Assembly: GCA_965372715.1 (NCBI GenBank)
Contig: CBDVDH010000032.1
Span: 1 to 41,754, forward strand
Direction: 5' to 3'
DNA from: an uncultured bacterium
GTDB taxonomy: Bacteria > B130-G9
Length of the DNA: 41,754 nt
Shown here: piece after piece, positions 1 through 7,024 of the stretch
Position numbering within the stretch: the stretch's first letter is position 1
How the letters are laid out: every line of letters begins with the position of its first letter
Notes under the pieces: generated by a model
Database searches by the model: none
Told to the model about the DNA's origin: nothing
What the model saw: the letters and a program-made list of their open reading frames with translations, nothing else
Program-made: the position numbers and the translations under genes

Positions 1-19
1 GTTCGGTCGCATCAGAGAA

Positions 20-42
20 GGCGGGGCAAGCACCGCCCCTAC
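20..42 (-). repeat. GTAG-type REP-like palindrome
   Basis: Minus strand reads GTAGGGGCGGTGCTTGCCCCGCC: a GTAG foot plus an imperfect GC hairpin, the same architecture as 39345-39415. Confidence 0.6.
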
Positions 43-92
43 AGATGATGCCTGGATAGGGAGTACCACAAAGAGCATAGAAGGAGAGAGAC

Positions 93-953
93 ATGCCAGG
101 ATTTGAATCTACGACGTTGCCGGAGTTCGGCATTGATGCGGACGAGGTGCAGGGTGACGTTCATCCCCAACGGGTGCACCGGCATTACAACACAGAGCTG
201 CTGCGGTATCAGGACGGCTGGGACGTGCAGCTGTTTCCGCTGTCGTTTGAGCAGAAGCTTGAGGCGAGCAAGCTCTATGGCGAGAGCTGCCACGGCATCG
301 CCAATTCGCAGGAGGCGACTAAAAACTCGCTTGGCGTGCCGATAAGAAGCGCCAAGATGATCGTCAAAGAGGTCGTCTCTAAGCCGTTTCTGCGCGGCCT
401 GCACGGAGGCGATGCTCCCCAGCCGGGCCAACGGCTTCTCTGCTGCGATGGCCTGGTCATCAAGGGCGTTCAAGTGAGCGTCTCGGTGCTCGGGATGTAC
501 AACAGCACGTATTATCCCGACGGGATGAACCCCATCGGAACGCCACCGTTCGCTCAAGGAACGGTTCTGAGCTCCGGGGTATTCTTGAAGCCCGCCGTTG
601 CCAGCACCGCGGCGATTGAGGGCCTGTTGACGGTTGGCATCCCGTTCACGACCGACGTCGGAGGACTCGGGGCCGCTGTTGACCCTGTGGTGCGGTCGTT
701 CCGGGTCATCCGTCAGATCGACGACTGGGTAACCTTTCAGGCCGACTTCGAGGCGATAATCGGCAACAACGAGGACTGGGAAGACGCGACGGCGCACTTG
801 TTGCAGCCTAAGCTGCTCCTTTCAACGGCCATAACGTCGCTTTCGGACTATTACGTGCTGGAGCGAACGGTGGAGCTGTTCGTCGATAAGGAGGCGCGGC
901 TCACCGAGACGGCGACGGTATTCCCCGACGCCGATTACCCAGACGGCTTCTAG
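93..953 (+). CDS. Hypothetical protein (286 aa), possibly phage-related
   Basis: AAGGAG Shine-Dalgarno (SD) upstream of the ATG and a long ORF with GC3-rich codons. No recognised motif. Confidence 0.75.
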   Translation: MPGFESTTLPEFGIDADEVQGDVHPQRVHRHYNTELLRYQDGWDVQLFPLSFEQKLEASKLYGESCHGIANSQEATKNSLGVPIRSAKMIVKEVVSKPFLRGLHGGDAPQPGQRLLCCDGLVIKGVQVSVSVLGMYNSTYYPDGMNPIGTPPFAQGTVLSSGVFLKPAVASTAAIEGLLTVGIPFTTDVGGLGAAVDPVVRSFRVIRQIDDWVTFQADFEAIIGNNEDWEDATAHLLQPKLLLSTAITSLSDYYVLERTVELFVDKEARLTETATVFPDADYPDGF

Positions 954-956
954 CAA

Positions 957-1027
957 AACCACTGAGACACAGAGACACAGAGAAGAAGGGCAGTAAGATG
1001 CTTCGCGCTCTCGGTGTCTCTGTGGTT
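957..1027. repeat. Intergenic inverted repeat with 8-mer units (ACACAGAG)
   Basis: AACCACTGAGACACAGAG (957-974) pairs with CTCGGTGTCTCTGTGGTT (1010-1027) with 2 mismatches. Confidence 0.7.
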
Positions 1028-1053
1028 GAGGTTTTCATATAGATGGAGAACTG

Positions 1054-1386
1054 ATGTCGCAGACGAAGCACGGCAGCGGACCATATTTCAAGGTCGCAAG
1101 ACCCATAGTCGTTTTGCCTCGGGACCAATCTGTCGCAACGCTCGACGGCGGTCAGTCGAAGCAGCGGCTGGGCTACAAGCACATTAAGACGATACTGCTG
1201 TTCCACATCCTCCACGACGACCTTCAGGCCGAGATTGACGCCGAGTTCGGCTCAGATGCCGACTACACGCTGGACGAGCAACGGGAGGTGCGCGTCGCGC
1301 TCGAGGATGAGCTAGAGCTCTACGACGTCGTCCTCGAGGGGCACAGGTTCAGCCCCAACTCCGCGCCCGACAGCCGATATGAATGA
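1054..1386 (+). CDS. Hypothetical protein (110 aa), acidic C-terminal half
   Basis: GGAG SD before the ATG; codon style matches its neighbours. Confidence 0.7.
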   Translation: MSQTKHGSGPYFKVARPIVVLPRDQSVATLDGGQSKQRLGYKHIKTILLFHILHDDLQAEIDAEFGSDADYTLDEQREVRVALEDELELYDVVLEGHRFSPNSAPDSRYE

Positions 1387-1534
1387 TCTCTTGGCGGTTG
1401 GCAGTGTGGGGCGGGGTTTCCAGCCTGCCTATCTTCATTGAAGGTCGCAGATTCGTCTCGATGTCGGAGGCCATGAAAAATGGCGAGCTGATGGGTAATG
1501 CAGTGACATCGCCAACACATGCCCGGCGCCAAAA

Positions 1535-2209
1535 ATGAAGGTCTATTTCGCCGGCATCGATAGGAACCTTCTGGAGAGCGTATTCGATGGGGCGAACGTC
1601 CTGCTTTCATTCGCCTCGCTCAGGCGCAGCCCCAGGGCGTCGATTCCGACCGGCAGGTTCTCGTCAATCATGCTCGATTCGGGCGCATTCTCCGCGTTCC
1701 GGTCCGGCAAAGTTATTGATGTCCTTGAATACTGTGAATTCATCGAGCGCAATCTCGACAGGATCGACCTCTACGTCAACCTCGACGTGATCGGGGACGC
1801 CGGGGCGAGCATGGCGAACCTGAGACTGATGGAATCGCGAGGCCTGTCGCCCATGCCGGTCTTTCATTACGGCGAGGATTTCGACCTGCTGCGCTGGATG
1901 CGCGATAGATACCCACTCGCTGGCCTCGGCGGGATGGTTCCGCGTTCGAGGCGCCGCATGTTCGAGTGGCTCTCGACCGTTCTTGATGAGCTCCCGCACA
2001 AGTATCATGGCTTCGGCATTGGCGACGTCTCGCTGCTCTCGACTTTCCCTTTCCACTCAATCGACAACACCACATGGAAGCGCATCGTCCAGCAGCCTGT
2101 CCTCAAAACCAAAACCAACTCCGGCGTCAACTGGGCCGAACACCTCACGCGCAAGGAGCTATTTGCCATCAGCCGCAGCTTTTACGAACGGCTCTGCGCA
2201 TCATACTGA
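1535..2209 (+). CDS. dpdA: Phage-type DpdA-like 7-deazaguanine DNA transglycosylase (TGT fold)
   Basis: Motifs MLDSGAFS, NLDVIGD, PVFHYGE, LGG, HGFG and SIDNTTW occur in TGT/DpdA order. There is no C-terminal Zn-binding Cys cluster as in tRNA TGT. Confidence 0.7.
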   Translation: MKVYFAGIDRNLLESVFDGANVLLSFASLRRSPRASIPTGRFSSIMLDSGAFSAFRSGKVIDVLEYCEFIERNLDRIDLYVNLDVIGDAGASMANLRLMESRGLSPMPVFHYGEDFDLLRWMRDRYPLAGLGGMVPRSRRRMFEWLSTVLDELPHKYHGFGIGDVSLLSTFPFHSIDNTTWKRIVQQPVLKTKTNSGVNWAEHLTRKELFAISRSFYERLCASY

Positions 2210-2728
2210 TTGCTCTCTCACTGCATGAAGTCTGGGCATTCAGTGATTCTCCCAAACTCGAATATGATTCATGAGGGATTCGCCGGATTGGATCTGATTG
2301 CCAAATCCGGGTCAGCCTCATTGGATCAAGTGTCTTGGCATTTATGCCCTAATGAGCAATTGAAGTCGCCATCGACATGAAGAGCGCGAATGCGAGTGCA
2401 TTATGGCTGGTGACTCGAAGACAGATGCCGTGTTCCTCAGCTTTGGAGCCGCCTCGTAAAGTGTTGAATTGATGTTGGGCCATCGGGGATATGAGAGACG
2501 GCTATGTGCAACACAGCACGCCTCTTGGTTGTTCTAGTAGAGAATCGGTGCAATTCGCATATCAAGAAAGGTGTTAGAATGACCATTGACGTAGGCCACT
2601 AAAGAGGCATAGCCTTGGGATCGATGGGGATGTAATGGCTGGAATTGTCACCGAAGCCACACGACCGCTTGGTAGCCTTGCGTCTATGCGCGCTGAGAAT
2701 AACTTGACAGCCTTGTTGAGGAGTATGA

Positions 2729-3391
2729 ATGAAGAGCCCAGATAATACTTCATCGGTTGTGCTTGTGGGGAATTGGAATCCATTCATCCTGAATCCCCAG
2801 TGGGTGGGGAAGTATATCTTCAAGAAAAAGCAGATCGAGGCGGAATTCCTCTTTGGTCCGAAATTGGCCTTTCGGTTTAGTGCTTTCGGGGCAAGAATCG
2901 TGCCAACCCAGGACAAGGTGACTATAATCGCTGATGAGTGCGACAAACGGAGCCTCGGGGTGATTGAGCGCTTGAGCAGGGAACTCCTAAGCGAACTCCC
3001 GCACACCCCGATTCACGCCATTGGCGTGAATCATGCCTTTATCGAGGATTCCCCAGGTGAGGATATATTGAGTCTCTTCAATTTCCCCGATGAGAGGAAG
3101 TTCCCCAATGATATGCCTATTGAATCCACTGAGATAACGAGGCGCCTCGCTGGCGATGGACATGGAGTCAACCTCAAAATCTCAATCGGTCAGGGCTTTG
3201 AAGGAGTCCGATTTGATTTCAATTTCCATTATCCGATTGGCGGCAACCTGAAGGAGCTCGATGGAGATATTATCAAAAAGGGGGGGGTCCTCGGGCACTT
3301 CGAGTTCGCCAGAGATTTTCTTGCAGCGCAGTATGGCCTCGACTACGAGGAAAAGCATAAGACGGAGGAATCAGATGGGTCTGTCGACTAG
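2729..3391 (+). CDS. Uncharacterised protein, gene 1 of a three-gene operon (TIGR04255-like, from recollection)
   Basis: GAGGAG SD. Motifs SVVLVGNWNPFILNPQW, ELPHTPIHAIGVN and FDFNFH match a sporadically distributed family I recall; not verified by search. Confidence 0.75.
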   Translation: MKSPDNTSSVVLVGNWNPFILNPQWVGKYIFKKKQIEAEFLFGPKLAFRFSAFGARIVPTQDKVTIIADECDKRSLGVIERLSRELLSELPHTPIHAIGVNHAFIEDSPGEDILSLFNFPDERKFPNDMPIESTEITRRLAGDGHGVNLKISIGQGFEGVRFDFNFHYPIGGNLKELDGDIIKKGGVLGHFEFARDFLAAQYGLDYEEKHKTEESDGSVD

Positions 3392-3788
3392 CCATGAATC
3401 TGACATGACCGACGCAAAGGCAGTTCTTCAAGGGCTGTGGAAGAAGATGGAGTCTCACGATTACGCGGAATATGATCCCACAGAGGCAACCATCTATGAG
3501 GAAAGGGCATCCAGCAACTTAGATGGTCCCGAAATGCATGACCAGAGGCGAATTTCCATGCCTATTGATGCTCTAGAAGGAAGCCATGTGAAGATACGTT
3601 TTGACGGACAGGCAATCGAAAGCGCGCTAGCCTCATGTCAGGATTCAAGTACCCCTCAATTTTCGGCCCAAACACAACATGGCGAAATCAGAAGCGTAGG
3701 TCCCCAAAGGAGGTTTTTGGCCAGAGGATTGATCAAGCGTGTGAGGCGAATTGGGCCCTCAAAGATCGATCCGAGTTGGGTGCGCTAG
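3375..3788 (+). CDS. Hypothetical protein (137 aa), acidic/polar N-part and basic C-tail; candidate antitoxin-like
   Basis: GGAGG at 3364-3368 precedes ATG 3375, which overlaps the end of the upstream gene. Function is inferred from position only. Confidence 0.65.
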   Translation: MGLSTSHESDMTDAKAVLQGLWKKMESHDYAEYDPTEATIYEERASSNLDGPEMHDQRRISMPIDALEGSHVKIRFDGQAIESALASCQDSSTPQFSAQTQHGEIRSVGPQRRFLARGLIKRVRRIGPSKIDPSWVR

Positions 3789-4395
3789 GATCGACGCTGC
3801 ATGTCCGATTCCCCCCTACGAGAAAGCCACCGGAGAGGTTGATATATTCCAGGGCGAAATTCTGCCGGACTGCCCTTGGCCCGTCGTTTTGGATGAGTAT
3901 ATAGATACTTCGCAGCTGCCAGCGCTCCCGCTCGAGAATGAGTTTATTGACGTGTCGCAGCTGCCAGCGCTCTCGATTGAAGTGGGTGTGCACAAGGCGG
4001 CCATCATATTGAGCCAAAGCTGTGACCTGCAACCCCGGGAAGAAGATAAAATCCAGAGTGTGCTCCTCTGTCCTGCAACCCCTTTGGAGGAATGGAAGAG
4101 AGAGAACAATGCGGGCAAAGGGAGAATCAATCAACTATTCGGTTACCGGATAGTAGGCTATTATCCGCTACCTAAGCTCCCGGACAAGATGTTCTTCAAT
4201 GACGACTATCTTGTTGCTGATTTCCGTCAGCTATTCGTTCTGCCTATTAAGTTGGTCAGGGGTCTTGTCGCCAAGTTAAACGAGCGCGAAGTAATGAGAC
4301 TTAGGTTAAGGCCACCTCATCGAGAACATTTCTCTCACGCCTTGGGCGAGTTCTTTTCTAGACCTGCCCTCCCAGATGATCCCGTTCACCTCTGA
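3751..4395 (+). CDS. Putative PemK/MazF-like fold protein ('QGEI...ILSQSCDL' family); start ambiguous
   Basis: FQGEI, AIILSQSCDL, VLLCP, LVADFRQL and REHFSHALGEFFSRPALP follow PemK-like spacing. The likely true ATG at 3801 is out of frame by one C. Confidence 0.65.
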   Translation: MGPQRSIRVGCARIDAACPIPPYEKATGEVDIFQGEILPDCPWPVVLDEYIDTSQLPALPLENEFIDVSQLPALSIEVGVHKAAIILSQSCDLQPREEDKIQSVLLCPATPLEEWKRENNAGKGRINQLFGYRIVGYYPLPKLPDKMFFNDDYLVADFRQLFVLPIKLVRGLVAKLNEREVMRLRLRPPHREHFSHALGEFFSRPALPDDPVHL

Positions 4396-4680
4396 CAAGC
4401 GCACCTGAATGATGCGCGACACCAGAGTCCGCCCATTGCTTCGCTAGTGTCTCACGGACCGCTGAGTCCCCCACTGGATAGCCTGCAACCCCAAGATCAT
4501 AATTTAACGTCCGGCCTCTTCTGGAAGTCTTGTCCCAAGATGCGCCAGTGTGCCGCTACTGTGTCTTTTTCGTGCGATAGCACCAGTCAGTATCAGGCCA
4601 AATGGGGACTTTTGCTGTTTTGGAGATTCGAGGGGCGGTGGGCGAGGTGAATCGTCGAGAAGGCTCCTAAACGGCCTAAA

Positions 4681-4762
4681 TGCGAGAGGGGGGACTCGAA
4701 CCCCCAAGGCGTGAGCCACTGGATCCTAAGTCCAGCGCGTCTGCCAGTTCCGCCACTCTCGC
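4681..4762 (-). tRNA. tRNA-Leu (anticodon TAG)
   Basis: GCGAGAG acceptor stem, D-loop GGAACTGGCAGAC, anticodon arm CTGGA-CTTAGGA-TCCAG, long variable arm and a GGTTCGAGTCC T-arm. CCA is not encoded. Confidence 0.96.
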
Positions 4763-4852
4763 AGGACATTGTCAAACTGATGCGTGATCTCTGCTGTCTC
4801 GCATCAACACGTCAGCGACCATGAACGTGCGAATGGGTGCAGACATTCAAGG

Positions 4853-4926
4853 CGCGCCCGGTGCGACTTGAACGCACGACCTGCGGATTCGAAGTCCGAC
4901 GCTCTATCCAACTGAGCTACGGGCGC
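4853..4926 (-). tRNA. tRNA-Arg (anticodon TCG)
   Basis: GCGCCCG acceptor, TAGCTCAGTTGGATAGAGC D-arm, anticodon loop CTTCGAA and a GTTCAAGTC T-loop. Confidence 0.95.
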
Positions 4927-4942
4927 ACTTCCTTCATATCTT

Positions 4943-4970
4943 ACTATATGCGGTTGGGGGATTCCGGCAA
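4943..4970 (-). promoter_or_regulatory. Putative sigma70 promoter for the tRNA pair
   Basis: Minus strand TTGCCG-16 bp-TATAGT just upstream of tRNA-Arg. Confidence 0.5.
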
Positions 4971-5039
4971 GCCGGTTATGAGTTCCAGGTTTCAAGTTCC
5001 AAGTTGAAGGTTGGCAGGGACGATGAGAGCTCAGATCGG

Positions 5040-6203
5040 CTATTGGGTTCTGGCGAAATCTTCGCTGGCGGTGAGCAGGCGGTCGATGTCGCTTTCGTTG
5101 TTGAAGCCGTGAATCGACACGCGAATCGCTCCCTCCCGGTGCGAGGTGAACACTCCTTTGCCCTTCAGGAAGTCGTGAAGCCCAACATTGTCGGGCGAGG
5201 CGAAGCTCAGGATGCCTGATCTGGTCGATGTCTCGAGGCAGCTGACGATCTTAATGTCCGGGATGCTCTTCAGCCCCATCACAAGGCGCTCGTCAAGCCG
5301 TGAGACGTGTGAATAGATCGCGTCGATGCCCGCGTCGAGCAGCAGCCCGACCGAACAGTTGAAAGCCGCGAAATCGTGATAGGGAAGAGTCCCCACCTCG
5401 AACCTCCTTGCGTCAGCGAATAACTTGCGCTCCACGTCGAGGATTCTCGAGAAGTCGTTGCCAAGATACTCGTATGCAAGCCAGCCGTGCCCAGGCAGCC
5501 AATCGATGCGTTGGAGCATGCGCGGGCTGATGTAGCAGAAGCCCGTCCCGTATGGCGAGACGAGCCACTTGGCGCCGCCGCAGGCAACGAAGTCAACGTC
5601 GATCTCCTTCACCGAAAACGGGCAAACGCCCAGGCCCTGCATCGCGTCGATCACCCAATAGACGCCCTTATCCCTGCAAATCGACCCGATTGAAGCAAGA
5701 TCGTGTCTGTAGCCGTCATGGAACTGCACGAACGAGATGGAAAGAGCTTTCGTCCGTGGGCCAATCTGCGCCTCGATCAGCTCGGGAGATATGACTTGAT
5801 CCATAGCTTCAATAGTTCTGACCTGAATGCCTCTCTTTTCGAGATTATGCCAGGGCGCAACGTTGGCCGGGAACTCTGTGTCCAGGAGCAGTACTTCATC
5901 GCCCGGCTCGAACGGGATCGCCTGGGCCGCGATGTTGATCCCCACCGACGTGTTCGTGGTGAGGCAGATTTGCTCGGACGAGGCGCCGATGAGGCTGGCC
6001 GCGAGCTCTCTGGCGCTGTCCGTCGCGTCGAACTCGTGGGCAACGATGTCAATGTCGGTTCGGCCGCGGAGGTCCAGGATTGAGCTGAGGGCCTCGAGCG
6101 AGGCGTTCGGGATGATGCCCTGCGAAGCCCAGTTCAGGTAGGCAACGTTATCGGGAAGAGTTAGTTCTGCCCTGAGCAAACGGACCTCGCAGTGGGTCGT
6201 CAT
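5040..6203 (-). CDS. Aminotransferase class V-fold PLP enzyme
   Basis: YLNWAS, EFPAN, VIDAMQ, GGAKWL (PLP Lys), RFEVGT and IRVSIHGFN. It lacks the SufS/IscS catalytic Cys loop. Confidence 0.9.
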   Translation of the reverse strand: MTTHCEVRLLRAELTLPDNVAYLNWASQGIIPNASLEALSSILDLRGRTDIDIVAHEFDATDSARELAASLIGASSEQICLTTNTSVGINIAAQAIPFEPGDEVLLLDTEFPANVAPWHNLEKRGIQVRTIEAMDQVISPELIEAQIGPRTKALSISFVQFHDGYRHDLASIGSICRDKGVYWVIDAMQGLGVCPFSVKEIDVDFVACGGAKWLVSPYGTGFCYISPRMLQRIDWLPGHGWLAYEYLGNDFSRILDVERKLFADARRFEVGTLPYHDFAAFNCSVGLLLDAGIDAIYSHVSRLDERLVMGLKSIPDIKIVSCLETSTRSGILSFASPDNVGLHDFLKGKGVFTSHREGAIRVSIHGFNNESDIDRLLTASEDFARTQ

Positions 6204-6805
6204 TCTTCGACTGCGCTGCCATCTTGGGCCGCTATCTGCTCCAGACTGCGGCCGGTCAGGGCGGAATTCGGCTCATCGATCAGGATGTCGCGGCCGGACT
6301 CGGCGAACTCGTCGTTCCTCTTCCAAAGAAGCCACTGCGGCTTGGCGCCGCCCCTCTTAGTCCGGATCATGACGAATGTGCCTCGTAACTTCTTCCCCTC
6401 CAGCCAAAGCTCGATACGCCCGTTGTCGTAAGATTGCCCCATCGACAATGGGTCCTCGGCCCTGATGTTGCGATAGGTTCCGATGTCCCAAACCATGACC
6501 GTGCCGGCCCCGTACTCGCCCTGCGGAATGACGCCCTCGAAACTTGCGTAGTCGAGCGGGTGGTCCTCAGTAGGAATCGCGAGCCGCTTCACCTTTGGGT
6601 CAATCGAGGGGCCTTTCGGAACGGCCCAGGACTTCAGAACGCCGCCTATCTCGATGCGGAGGTCATAGTGCAGATTCCTGGCGTCATGTTTCTGGACAAC
6701 GAAGATTGGCGCGTCACCCGCCCTGTCTTCGCTCCCGTTAGGTTCAGGAGTCTTGCTCAGGTCCCGCTTCGCTCGATATGTTGCGAGGCGATCTTCCTTT
6801 GTCAT
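6200..6805 (-). CDS. Stand-alone LigD 3'-phosphoesterase domain protein
   Basis: YRAKRDLSKTPEP, FVVQKHDARNLHYDLRIE, LKSWAVPKGPS, TEDHPLDY and YGAGTVMVWDIG. Confidence 0.92.
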   Translation of the reverse strand: MTKEDRLATYRAKRDLSKTPEPNGSEDRAGDAPIFVVQKHDARNLHYDLRIEIGGVLKSWAVPKGPSIDPKVKRLAIPTEDHPLDYASFEGVIPQGEYGAGTVMVWDIGTYRNIRAEDPLSMGQSYDNGRIELWLEGKKLRGTFVMIRTKRGGAKPQWLLWKRNDEFAESGRDILIDEPNSALTGRSLEQIAAQDGSAVEE

Positions 6806-7024
6806 AACCCATGACTCCCGTGCTAAGATGCAATCATTCAGAACAGAAGGCAAAGACAAACGCAGAACCATATTGGCATCTTATGCTACTATCTCAGCAA
6901 ATCAATTGCAGAATGAGCGGCACTAGGTGTATACTCAGGAAACATGTAAACCCAAAGGATTGCAGTTTGATACACTGAACGAGAGAAACAGCATGAAGCT
7001 TGCAAGGGAAGGGGACGAACTGAG

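Larger units (their letters stand above)
1..4680. mobile_element. Putative terminal part of a tRNA-Leu-integrated island/prophage
   Basis: Lies directly beyond the 3' end of minus-strand tRNA-Leu. It holds a phage-type DpdA-like gene, hypotheticals and a visibly more AT-rich cargo operon. No integrase or second att copy is inside the window, so this is inference. Confidence 0.45.

Noticed and set aside
39-797. 252-aa minus-strand ORF (and many similar antisense ORFs across the window)
   Set aside because: Shadow of a better-supported opposite-strand gene; no SD or motifs; expected at this GC content.
3275-3287. A5-G8 tract in operon gene 1 as a phase-variation site
   Set aside because: The gene is in frame and ends coupled to gene 2; nothing shows variation. 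Worth a glance in reads only.
5040-6203. Calling the class V enzyme a cysteine desulfurase (sufS/iscS)
   Set aside because: The catalytic Cys motif is absent (SHREGAIRVS).
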